Part shown: positions 1 through 10,802 of the stretch, in pieces
Layout: every line of letters begins with the position of its first letter
How positions within the stretch are numbered: the stretch's first letter is position 1
DNA from: Scyliorhinus canicula
Lineage: Eukaryota
Length of the DNA stretch: 64,000 bases
Reading direction: 5' to 3'
NCBI RefSeq assembly: GCF_902713615.1
Contig: NC_052175.1
Span: forward strand, 7,457,941 to 7,521,940
Position numbers and translations under genes: made by a program
Notes under the pieces: model-generated
Seen by the model: only the letters and a program-made list of their open reading frames with translations
Database searches by the model: none
What the model was told of the DNA's origin: nothing

Positions 1-20
1 GTCCTTCCTACCCATATCTT

Positions 21-750
21 TCACGTTCTCTGTTGCATTGTTGTTTGTTTTAGTGCATGTTTGGTGTCTGTTTTTTGACTTTCCAACTCTTCTGTATGTT
101 GACACAAAGGATCCTTTAAGGTGCGAATTTGCCACTCGTTTCGCTCTCCACTATAAATGAAACTGTACGCTAAGCGGGTGGGTGTTTTGGTTCTTTGTAT
201 AGCTATGCCCCATCCCTGGAGCATCAGGGTCCAGCGGGCCATGCGATGATAGCTCACTGTGCCATCTTTTATTCTTCCATCCAATAACAATTTGAGACTG
301 GTCTGTTCTGTCAGAATGGAAAACGTATTCAATTGAATATTTATAAGAAGTGCTGCACAGCGTAAAATATTGCGTGTAAATGTCTTTCACAGACAGCAAG
401 GCCTTGTTCCACAGGAGTTAGTAACCTATATGCACAGAAAATAGATCCTTATCATTCCGTTTCCCAGTAAGACTACTGAAATAGAGTTTTCTGTGGCTGC
501 AACTTCATGAATACAAGGCGATTCAGGTTCAGGGACCTACAGGTCTTGACTACAGCTTACGTAAGGTCGAGGATGGATTGAGTATGATGTTTATTCCATT
601 CCCAGGGGATCTTTTTCTTTAATAGGTTTGATAGGGGAGCAGAGTTTGTGGCATGTCCGTAAATATGATTTCTACAAGTGCCAACGAGATCTAAAAATGA
701 TCTGCGTGATCTCATATTAGTTGGGAATAGCAATGTGGCAATGCAATTAC
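21..750 (-). mobile_element. Degenerate Ty3/gypsy-like LTR-retroelement pol fragment (RT thumb/connection + RNase H)
   Basis: Minus-strand translation across frameshifts and stops gives RSFLDLVGTCRNHI..SAPLSNLLKKKIPWEW, LLTPVEQGLAVCERHLHAIFYAVQHF and ILTEQTSLKLLL..KDGTVSYHRMARWTLMLQ. These match the gypsy RT/RNase H pattern (FLGL.GY.R..I, E.....E+ELLA+..A+.HF, TDH..L, R+ARW.L.LQ). Confidence 0.8.
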
Positions 751-756
751 AGAACC

Positions 757-950
757 AGCGGCTGGTTTAGCTCACTGGGCTAAATCGCTGGCTTTTAAAG
801 CACACCAAGCAGGCCAGCAGCGCGGTTCGATTATCGTACCAGCCTTCCCCGACAGGCGCCGGAAAGTGGCCACTAGGGGCTTTTCACAGTAACTTCATTG
901 AAGCCTACTCGTGACAATAAGCGTTTTCATTTAATTTTCATGTCATTTCA
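757..950 (+). mobile_element. tRNA-derived SINE (family with the ...gactaggggcttttcacagtaacttcattg...gtgacaata tail)
   Basis: A/B-box-like head (gtttagctcactgg...ggttcgatt). The 3' tail recurs at ~8865-8995(-), 11645-11955, 19995-20185, 53640-53755, 54030-54285 and 54920-55055(-). Confidence 0.75.
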
Positions 951-954
951 AGAA

Positions 955-1930
955 CTAGAAGCAGTAGAAAGCCATCTGACCCCTCGAGCCTACTCCACCA
1001 TTCAATGAGATCATGGCTGATCTTTTGAGGACTCAGTTCCACTTTCCGGCCCAAACACCATAACCCTTAATCCCTTCGTTCTTCAAAAAACTATCTATCT
1101 TTACCTTAAAAACATTGAATGCAGGAGCCTCAACTGCTTCACTGCGCAAGGAATTCCATAGATTCACAACCCTTTGGGTGAAGAAGTTCATCCTAAACTC
1201 AGTCCTAAATCTACTTCCCCTTATTTTGAGGCTATGCCCCCTAGTTCTGCTTTTGTGCGCCAGTGGAAACAAACTGCCCGCATCTATCCTATATATTCCC
1301 TTCATAATTTTATATGTTTCTATCAGATCTCCCCGCATCCTTCTAAATTCCACCGAGTACAGTCCCAGTCTACTCAACCTCTCCTCGTAATACAACCCCT
1401 TCAGCTGTGGGATTAACCGAGTCAATCTCTCTGTACGCCCTCCAGTGTCAGTACGTCCTTTCGCAAGTAAGGAGACCAAAACTGAACACAATACTCCAGG
1501 TGTGGCCTCACTAACACCTTATACAATTGCAGCATTACCTCCCTTGTCCTAAACTCCCTGCCTCTAGCAATGAAGGACAAAATTCAATTTGCCTAGTTAA
1601 TCACCTATTGCACCTCTAAACCACCTTTCTGTGACTCATGCACTAGCATACCCAGGTCTCTCTGCACAGCAGAATGCTTTAATATTTTAACATTTAAATA
1701 ATAATCCCGTTTGCTGTTATTCCTACCAAAATGGATAACATCACATGTGTCAACGTTGTATTCCATCTGCCAGACCCTAGCCCATTCATTTAACCTATCT
1801 AAATCCCTCTGCAGCCTTCCAGTATCCTCTGCACTTTACGCTTGAACACTTATCATAGTGTCATCTGCAAACTTTGACACATTGCCCTTGGTCCCCCAAC
1901 TACAAACCATCTATGTCCAAATCATCCACC
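955..1930 (-). mobile_element. 5'-truncated CR1 LINE (3' end of ORF2 + 3'UTR)
   Basis: ORF 1033-1491 (YEERLSRLGLYS..RGDLIETYK..TRGHSLK..FFTQRVVNLWNSL) is the typical CR1 ORF2 C-terminus. The same subfamily occurs at 17695-18665 and 52345-53320. Confidence 0.92.
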
Positions 1931-2900
1931 TTCTTCTATTTTTCGTTTTCCAAATGTTGTTCTTGTCATTTCATAAACTGGGCCTATTTGGGGTTCAGTT
2001 TCAATCTCAATTTGTTTGAAAGATTCAATCCGTCCTTTCGGAAAAGGTCCCCCTCTTCCCCAGTAATGGCGCCAATGTCCCTTGAATTTAAACCCATTTC
2101 TCCCACACCAATCTATGAGCCACCCATTTACATCCTTAACCCGTTGACCCTGTGGCAATTAGCTCGTAGCTCAGGTTTGTAATAAAGAGATTTTTGTTTC
2201 TGATTTTTAATTGAGCCGCTCGATGTTTATACCCTCTTCGCATAACCTCTGTCATTGTTCTACCCATGTAGTTGGTACCAGGGTGTACCATGGTAACTGG
2301 ATAATTTCCCTCCCACTCCAATTTTCTCTGGAGCATAAATGAGAAAACGAGCACCAGGCTTTCGATACTCGCCATAGGGTGACCCGGACAGTGTGAATGT
2401 CCCCAATTATATTATCCCTGATTACAACTTCATTTATTTTCTCTCCCGCTACCTGAATGGCTTCCTGTACCACGGTTCTATTGTCAGTTTGCTCATCCTC
2501 CCTACTGTCTCCATTGCATTCCACACAGTGCACAAGATAAACAACCCTGTTCGACAGGGATAAAGGTTGAGACTCCTGAAACCTTCCCTCTTGGATCTCG
2601 CCACCTGCCTCACTCGCAGTCACACGCTCCTGTCACTGACCACTGGCCGAATTTGTGTTAGTTATTCGAAGGGTTCTGTCTGCTTGCTGGAATACAGTGT
2701 CCAAGTACCTCTCCCCCTCCTGGGTGTGCCGCAAAGAACAATGATCTGACTTCAGTTCATTAACTCTGAGACGGAGTTTCTCAGCAACCAACGCATCGTC
2801 CAGATGTGCTCACTTAGAATCATAATGGATCCATGAGCTCAAACATCATTCAGCAGCAACGCGTCACATGCATATCGATGTCCATTTTAGTTAATTCTTT
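1930..2900 (-). mobile_element. Degenerate CR1 ORF1 (SGNH esterase-like) remnant
   Basis: Fragments VHPGTNYMGR and GWLIDWCGRNGFKFKGHWRHYWGR resemble the ORF1s at 6239-6589 and 25857-26792 (VHIGTNDIGR, WLQGWCRREGFGFLDNWGSFWGR). Confidence 0.7.
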
Positions 2901-3074
2901 CTTAATTTTGTTCTCAATACTGTAATAATTTATTTTAAGAACTATTTTTTAAAAACCTCTCCTTATTATTTCTGTCTGAAATCAATTTATAAACTGCAGT
3001 AACGCGGGTTTTCAAGCGTAACACAGATTCCCCATTTACCAATAAAATCACAGCCTTCCTGTGATAGATAGAGA

Positions 3075-3345
3075 TAGAGAAATACAGCACAGAACAGGCC
3101 CTTCGGCCCACGATGTTGCGCCGAACTTTTGTCCTAGGTTAATCATAGAATTTTGGACAATTCTTCATGGCCAATCCACCCAACCTGCAGATCTTTGGAC
3201 TGTGGGAGGAAAGCGCAGTACCCGGAGGAAACCCACGCAGTCACGGGGAGGATGTTCAGACTCCACACAGACAGTGACCCAAGTCGAAATCGAACTTGGG
3301 ACCCTGGATCTGTGACGCAATTGTGCTATCCACAATGCTACCATG
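3075..3345 (-). mobile_element. HE1-type V-SINE
   Basis: tRNA-like head, central ggtttcctccgggt core and CR1-like tail (gggccgaagggcctgttctgtgctgt). Further copies are at ~12570-12912(+), 19240-19480(+), 21225-21545(-), 31790-32120(-), 32308-32600(+), 42613-42960(+), 48065-48440(-) and 61925-62125(-). Confidence 0.85.
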
Positions 3346-3349
3346 ATGC

Positions 3350-6300
3350 CCTTAAGAAGTTAACCTACACTCCATTATTCTACCCTAATCCATGTACCTA
3401 TCCAATAGCCGCTTGAACGTCCCTAACGTTTCCGACTCAACTACTTCAACAGGCAGTGCATTCCATGCCCCCAGTGCTCTCTGGTTAAAGAACCTACATC
3501 TGACAGCCCCTCTATATCTTCCAACATTTATCTTAAATTTATGTCCCCTTGTAATGGTGTGTTCCACCCGGGGAAAAAGTATCTGACTGTCGACTGTATC
3601 TGTTCCCCTAATAATCATATAAACCTCTATCAAGTCGACGCTCATCCTTCTCCGTTCTAATGAGAAAAGGCCTAGTACCCTCAACATTCCCTCGTATGAC
3701 CTACTCTCCATTCCAGGCAACATCCTGGTAAATCTGCTTTGCACCTTTTCCAAAGCTTCCACATCCTTCCTAAAATGAGGCGACCAAACTGCACACTGTA
3801 CTCCAAATGTGGCCTGACCAGGGTTTGGTACAGTGCATCATCACCTCACGGCTCTTAAATTCAATCCCTCTGCTAATGAACGCTAGCACACCATAGGCCT
3901 TATTCACAGCACTATCCACTTGAGTGGCAACATTCAAAGATCTATTAACATAGACCCCTAGATCTCTCTGCTCCTCCAAATTGTCAAGAACCCTACCGTT
4001 AACCCTGTATTCCGCATTCCTATTTGTCCTTCCAAAATTGACAACCTCACACTTGTCACGGTTAAATTCCATCTGCAACTTCTCAGCCCAGCTCTGCATT
4101 CTATCTATGTATCTTTGAAGCCGACAACAGCCTTCTTCACTATCCACTACTCCACCAATCTTCGTATCATCTGCACAATAACTGACCCAACCTTCAACTC
4201 CCTTATCCAAGTCGTTAATGAAAATCACAAACAGTAGAGGACCCAGAACTGATCCCTGCGGTACGCCACTGATAACTGGGCCCCAGGCTGAATATTTGCC
4301 AACCACCACCACTCTCTGTCTTCTATCGGTTAGCCAACTGGCCAAATTTCCCACTATCCCATGCCAGCTTACTTTCTGCACAAGCCTACAATGGGGAACC
4401 TTATCAACTGCCTTACTAAAATCCATGTACACCACATCCACTGCTTTACCTTCATCCACATGCTTGGTCATTTCCTCAAAGAAGTCAATAAGACTTGTAA
4501 GGCAAGACCTACCCGTCACAAATCAGTGCTGACAATCTCTAATCAAGCAGTGCCTTTCCAGATGCTCAGAAATCTTATCCCTCAGTACACTTTCCATTAC
4601 TTTGCCTACCACCGAAGTAAGACGAACTGGACTGCAATTCCCAGGGTTATCCCTATTCCCTTTTTTGAACGGGGCACGACATTCGCCACACTCCAATCCT
4701 GTGGTACCACCCCTGTTGACAGACAGGACGAAAAGATCATTTCCAACGGCTCTGCAATTTCATTTCTTGCTTCCCATAGAATCCTTGGATATATCCCGTC
4801 AGGCCCGGGGGACTTGTCCATCCTCAAGTTTTTCAAAACGCGCAACACATCTTCCTTCCTGATAAGTATCTCCTCGAGCTTATCAGTCCTCTCCATTAAT
4901 ATGGCCCCTCTCGATTGTAAATACTGAAAAAAATACTTGTTCAAGACTCTGCTATCTCTTCAGACTCAATACACAATCTCCCGCTACTGTCCTTGATCGG
5001 ACCTATCCTCGATCTAGTCTTTCTCATATTTCTCACATATGTGTAAAAGGCCTTGGGGTTTTCCTTGATACTACCTGACAAAGATTTTTTATGCCCTCTC
5101 TTAGCTCTCCTAATCCCTTTCTTCAGTTCCCTCCTGGCTGTCTTGTATCCATCCAGCGTCCTGTCTGAACCTTGTTTCTTCAGCCTTATATAAGTCTCCT
5201 TCTTCCTCTTAACAGCACATTCAACCTCTCTTGTCAACCATGGTTCCCTCACTCGACCAGCTCTACCCTGCCTGACAGGGACATACATATCAAAGACACG
5301 CAGTACCTGTTCCTTGAACAAGATCCACATTGCATTTGTGTCCTTCCCTGACAGCCTATGTTCCCAACCTCTGCACTTCAATTCTTGTCTCACAACATTG
5401 TATTTACCCTTCCCCCAATTATAAACCTTGCCCTGTTGCACGCACCTACCCTCTCCATAACTAAAGTGAAAGTCACAGAATTGTGGTCACTACCTCCAAA
5501 ATGCTCCCCCACTAACAAATCTATCACCTGCCCTGGTTCATTACCAATTACTAAATCCAATATGGCCTCCCCTCTGGTTGGACAATCTACATACTGTGTT
5601 AGAAAAGCTTCCTGGACACACTGCACAAACACTACCCCATCCAAACTATTTGATCTAAAGAGTTTCCACTCAATGTTTGGGAAGTTGAAGTCACCCATGA
5701 CTACTACCCTGTGATTTCTGCACCTTTCCAAAATCTGTTTCCCAATCTGTTCCTCTACATCTTTGCTGCTATTAGGGGGCTGATAGAAAACTCCCAACAA
5801 GGTGACTGCTCCTTTCCTATTTCTGACTTCAACCCATATTACCTCTGTAGGCAGATCCCCCTCGAACTGCCTTTCTGCAGCTGTTATACTATCTCTAATT
5901 AACAATGCCACCGCCACCTATTTTAACATTCTCCCTAATCTTGTTGAAACATCTATAACCAGGGACCTCCAACAACCATTTCTGCCCCTCTTCTATCCAA
6001 GTTTCCGTGATGGCCACCAGATCGTAGTCCCAAGTACCGATCCATGCCGTAAGTTCACCCACCTTATTTCTGATGCTTCTTGCATTAAAGTATACACACT
6101 TCAACCCATCTCCTTGCCTGCAAGTACTCTCCTTTCTCAGTGTTACCTTCCCAACTACATCACTACGTGCTTTGGCGTCCTGAATATCGGCTTCCTTAGT
6201 TGCTGGACAACAGATCCGGTTCCCATTCCCCTGCCAAATTAGTTTAAACCCTCCCGATGAGTACTAGAAAACCTCCCCCCCCCCCGCAGGATATTGGTGC

Positions 6301-7690
6301 CCCTCTGGTTCAGATGCAACCCGTCCTGCTTGTACAGTTCCCACCTTCCCCAGAATGCGCTCCAATTATCCAAATACCTGAAGCCATCCCTCCTACACCA
6401 TACCTGCAGCCACGTGTTCAACTGCACTCTCTCCCTATTCCTCGCCTCGCTATCACGTGGCACCGGCAACAAACCAGAGATGACAACACTGTCTGTCCTG
6501 GCCTTTAACTTCCAGCCAAACTCCCTAAACTTGTTTATTACCTTCACACCCTTTTTCCTACCTACGTCGTTGGTACCAATGTGCACCACGACTTCTGGCT
6601 GCTCACCCTCCCCCTTCAGGATCCTGCAGACACGATCCGAGACATCCCTGGCCCTGGCACCCGGGAGGCAACATACTTTCGGGAGTCTCGCTCGCCACCA
6701 CAGAATCTCCTATCTATTCCCCTAACCATTGAATCTCCTATTACTATTGCTTTCCTATGCTCCCCCTTCCATTCTGAGCCCCAGAGACAGACTCAGTGCC
6801 AGAGACCTGGTCGCTGGGGCCTTCCCCAGGTAGGTCATCAGTATCCAAAACGGTATACTTGTTTTGAAGGTGAACGGCCACGAGGGATCCCGGCACTGGC
6901 TGCCTGTTAGTTTTCTTCCTCCTGACTGTAACCCAGCTACTCTTGTCGAGTACCTTTGGTGTGGCTACCTACCTGTAACTCCTCTCGATAACCTCCTCTG
7001 CCTCCCTGGTGATCCGAAGTTCATCCAGCTCCAGCTCCAGTTCCTTAACACGGTCTCTGAGGAGCTGGTGTTGGGTGCACTTCCCGCAGGAATAGTTAGC
7101 GGGGACACCAGTTGTATCCCTCACCACCCACATTCTACAGGAGGAGCATGCAACTGCCCTAGCCTCCATCTCCTCTTACTTTACTGAATTAGCTGCCCCG
7201 TGGTCCAACTGGACCTCCGCCCTCCGACTCTGCTTCCTGTCAGCTGTACTCTAAACTCCTGGCTCCCTTCACGCTCTTTGATAAATATAGGAAATGAAAT
7301 GTAAGGAGCACCTTACTCCCTCCTCACGTAACTCCCTCAGTCACCAAACTGTCACAGTAGCACTCAAATGCCACAAGCTCAGCACTCCAGTGCAAACAAA
7401 GTCTGCACTGTAACTATCTCCTATTTATACTGTGACTCTAGCCTCTGAAAACTGGCCTAATGCAATTAACTAATTAACAAGCTCCAGCTGCAAGTAAGTA
7501 CAAGTAGAACCTTGTTTAAAGCTGATTCAAAATTCACCTTCTTATAGACGAAACAGCAACTTTTAAGTTAATTAACTAAATAAAAGAAATACTAGACTTT
7601 AAATAAAAATGAACCCTTATACTCCCTCAGTCACCAAACTCTCACTGCAGCACTCAAATGCCACAAGCTCAGCACTCCAGTGCAAAAAAA
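3350..7690 (-). mobile_element. Near full-length, frameshifted CR1 LINE (5'UTR, ORF1, ORF2 EN+RT)
   Basis: ORF1 pieces at 6969-7169 (CSSCRMW..CGKC Zn-finger + coiled coil) and 6239-6589 (esterase). ORF2 pieces at 5895-6104 (KCVYFNARS), 5390-5917 (VVVMGDFN, SDHN), 4941-5441, 4606-4944 (KSPGPDG), 3770-4519 (GVPQGSVLGP, YCADDTK) and 3385-3762. Several frameshifts. Confidence 0.95.
7333..7690 (+). repeat. ~70-bp direct repeat (two copies ~290 bp apart) in the 5' region of the CR1 at 3350-7690
   Basis: actccctcagtcaccaaact.tcac.g.agcactcaaatgccacaagctcagcactccagtgcaaa occurs at ~7331-7395 and ~7621-7685. Confidence 0.85.
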
Positions 7691-9436
7691 ATCCAGTCAG
7701 TCAGGAGAGGGACGTCGGAGGTTGGCGTTGTTTGTTTTATGTTGTGTGTTCCTTCTTTCTCCCTCATCCAACTTGTTTTATTGTCGTGTAAGTTTGGTGA
7801 TTTCACCTTGTTTGAAATAAAACCTATTTTTGACCTTGCATCAGAAGCCTTATTCACTCTGCGACTGTCCCCAGTACAGCACCAGCGGTATGAGCGCCTA
7901 AGGAACGAAACGGTGATCCATAGGCTAGCAGTGAGTCGTGGGAACGCAGACTCTCGGTGCAGAGCCCACTACAGACATTGTGGTCACAGGTGCCTGCTCG
8001 GAGTTCCTGGTCGTTGCATTCTGCAAACTTTTGATCAGGACATTGCAAACTCTCCATAAATAGGGCTGGGCCATTATAAGTTGACCAAAACCTTGCAACA
8101 TATCTGTAGTCAGTCATTTTAGCACCAACAGGGCCTTATCGCTGCACTATCCCTCTGCAACATTATTTGGAACAACAATTTGGATTGATTGCAGCTGAAA
8201 TTACCCTTACATCTGTCAGCTATTGGTATTTTCAAATTTCATTTTGTGTCAGCAGAGACTCTGAGAAAACAATCTGTCTGCTTGGCTTTATGAAATCATG
8301 GTGCTTTGAGCTTGTCTATTGGCCCAGCCAGGTCTCACTTTGACCAGACCGAATTTTGTTTTCACATGTCCTCGACATATGATACAACCAGCCATCCACA
8401 AGACAGCACAATGCACCCAGAATGCAGCCGAACAACATTGGGTCACGGATAGAGGGATACAAAATGTATATATTGATTTTCAAGATAGTAGAGAAGGCTA
8501 GGATCATGGTGTTTTGTAGGCTCTGAACTTTATTGCTCATTCATTCGTAAACGAACGTACATCCATGACTTTTGCATCAATCAACATTCAGGCTACCCAC
8601 ATTAATCAGTAGACTGCTGCCAATCCGTACAACTTCAGAACCTACTTATCAATTTATTTTTCAAACCAATTGCCAGAATCGGCCTCCGTTCGACATTGTA
8701 GAGTAATGAAATTATACATCATTAGAATGTTTGATTACTTTACTGTTTCAGTTCTAACTCATGACACGGCTAGTCAATGAATTCCACTCACACAACTCCC
8801 ATGGCACACACATTAACACACGCTACCCCCACGCTACATATAAATATTAATACCAGTAATAACTATCTTTATTATTGTGACAAATATGCTCACATGAACA
8901 CTGCAATGAAGTTACTGTAAAAAAATCCCTTTGCCGCCATATTCCGGCGCCTGTTCGGGCTCACTGAGGGAGAATTCAGAACGTCCAATTCACCCTTTTA
9001 AGTAGTTTTCCTTTTAATTTCATACCCATTGATAACAGTCATATATTCTTTGTACTGTTGCTGTGCCACTCTGGGATAGCGTTTTCAAATTTGACATAAT
9101 TCCCTGCCCTCCACCCAAAACAAATCCTCCTTCCGTTGGTTTATTGGCTCAAAGCTCATTCATTTTGAGAACTTTCTGGCATTGAAAATACATTACTGTG
9201 ATGTATTTAATCTATTCACTCTGAAACACTTCCGATATTAAGGCAAATGTGTGGCACTGAGACACTTTATATTAATAGAATGTATAAATCACCTCTTATC
9301 TTCATTATTTGTTCACAATTACTTTCGATGCTGAGCAGTTTAGAATGAGGGACGCGTCTCTGCATTCACTAACAGCGTCTGTAATGTTCACGATTTGTAT
9401 GGTACATAAAACGTTTTTTTATTGCATTTACATTAC

Positions 9437-9547
9437 CGGTAGCTCGTGTGATCGAAATGGTCTGGCAGCTGGGCTCCGTAGTGCAGACTTCGTCAGTAGA
9501 TTGACATGTTCTTCCAGAACATTTGAAACAGATAATAGGTCGCACTG
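9437..9547 (-). CDS. Ly6/uPAR (three-finger, LU) gene, coding exon 2 (first half of LU domain)
   Basis: Acceptor ttttttttcattcag, donor CG|gtaatg. The 111-nt phase 1-1 exon encodes AVRPIICFKCSGRTCQSTDEVCTTEPSCQTISITRATG, the C-x2-C-x4-C-x6-C-x5-C pattern of LU cysteines 1-5. Confidence 0.8.
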
Positions 9548-10618
9548 CTGAATGAAAAAAAAGGGAAAAGTCAGCCATTTTCAGAAATTCACTGTGTGGC
9601 GCTTCAGTGGGCTGGTTCTATCCATTTTCCTCGCAGTATCGAAAACGTTCATAATACTGACCGACGACAACTGATCACACGATAAACGTATAAATCGTAC
9701 CACACTTTTAAGAGAAATCTGATCACATTGTTAAATTAATAATTGATTGTGTTCGCTCAGAACTTTCGAAGACTGGTCAAATGCCATCTCCACGCCAAAG
9801 GGCCCAACATTACCTGCACGGGAGCACAATTGCAATCACAGTTGCTTCATAGCTCCAGGGTGCCAGGTTGGATTTCCAATAGCCGGTGGAGACTCGATGG
9901 GCAGAATGGCCTCCTTCTGCACTGTAAATTCTATGATTACCTCATACAGAATTATATGATTTAATTGAGTGCTTTAACTAACAGACAATAAATACACACG
10001 TTCGTACCAATAGATTCATGTGATTTGAATTACCCATAATGTAAGTCAGTAAAACAACCCCTTTGGCTAATGCCAGTATTATCAATGTGGACGTCCTTCC
10101 TAACATCCCTTTCATCGAACCACATCTGTCTATCAATTTATTTTTCCCTTATGTCATCCACCCATCCCTCAGATATTGGTGACATGAAGGTGTAAATGTT
10201 CGAGGAGACGTGTGAACAGGCCATATTCCAGCACAGATCTGCCGCAACGAACCTTCATGCAATTATAAGGTGGTGAAAGAGTTCAAACACAATTAAAATC
10301 TGGAAGTTGTATTGATGCCTTTACTTACATTTTCTGTTGAGTTTCGTCAACACAAGTTCTCTTTTATCTGGAAGAAGTGGTTTCAATTTGTACTCTAATT
10401 TTGACAAGACAATTAATATTGGACTGGACAAAGCTGAGGGTAGGAACATATCAATTCGTTGACAGTCTATTAGAAAAATGCACCTGGCGTCATTCTGCGT
10501 GCTTGGTCGCCATGCACGTGGCTTGCAGATCCGACGTTAAATATTTATAAAAATCTGTAGGTAGTGAATAAATCCCAGCATCAAACGCATTCAGAACTTT
10601 ATTTAAAAGAAACCTTAC

Positions 10619-10667
10619 CTTCAGTTGCATAATTGCAGACGATGGCAATAACAAACAAGAACTTCAT
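10619..10667 (-). CDS. Ly6/uPAR gene, coding exon 1 (signal peptide)
   Basis: ATG at 10667 gives MKFLFVIAIVCNYATE+G, then donor AAG|gtaagg. Phase 1 joins in frame to exon 9437-9547. Confidence 0.78.
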
Positions 10668-10795
10668 ATTCGTTCGCTTTTCTGCCCTTCCCAAATATCT
10701 GCTCTCTCTCTCTTTGGAAAGTTGCCTGCTTTCTGTGTTTAGACCTTTCAAAGTAACAGCGGAAGCCAACTCTGCACAGGTGAATCCAATGCACA

Positions 10796-10802
10796 TTATA
10801 TA
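10796..10802 (-). promoter_or_regulatory. Candidate TATA box of the LU gene
   Basis: TATATAA on the minus strand ~130 nt upstream of the signal-peptide ATG. Confidence 0.45.
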
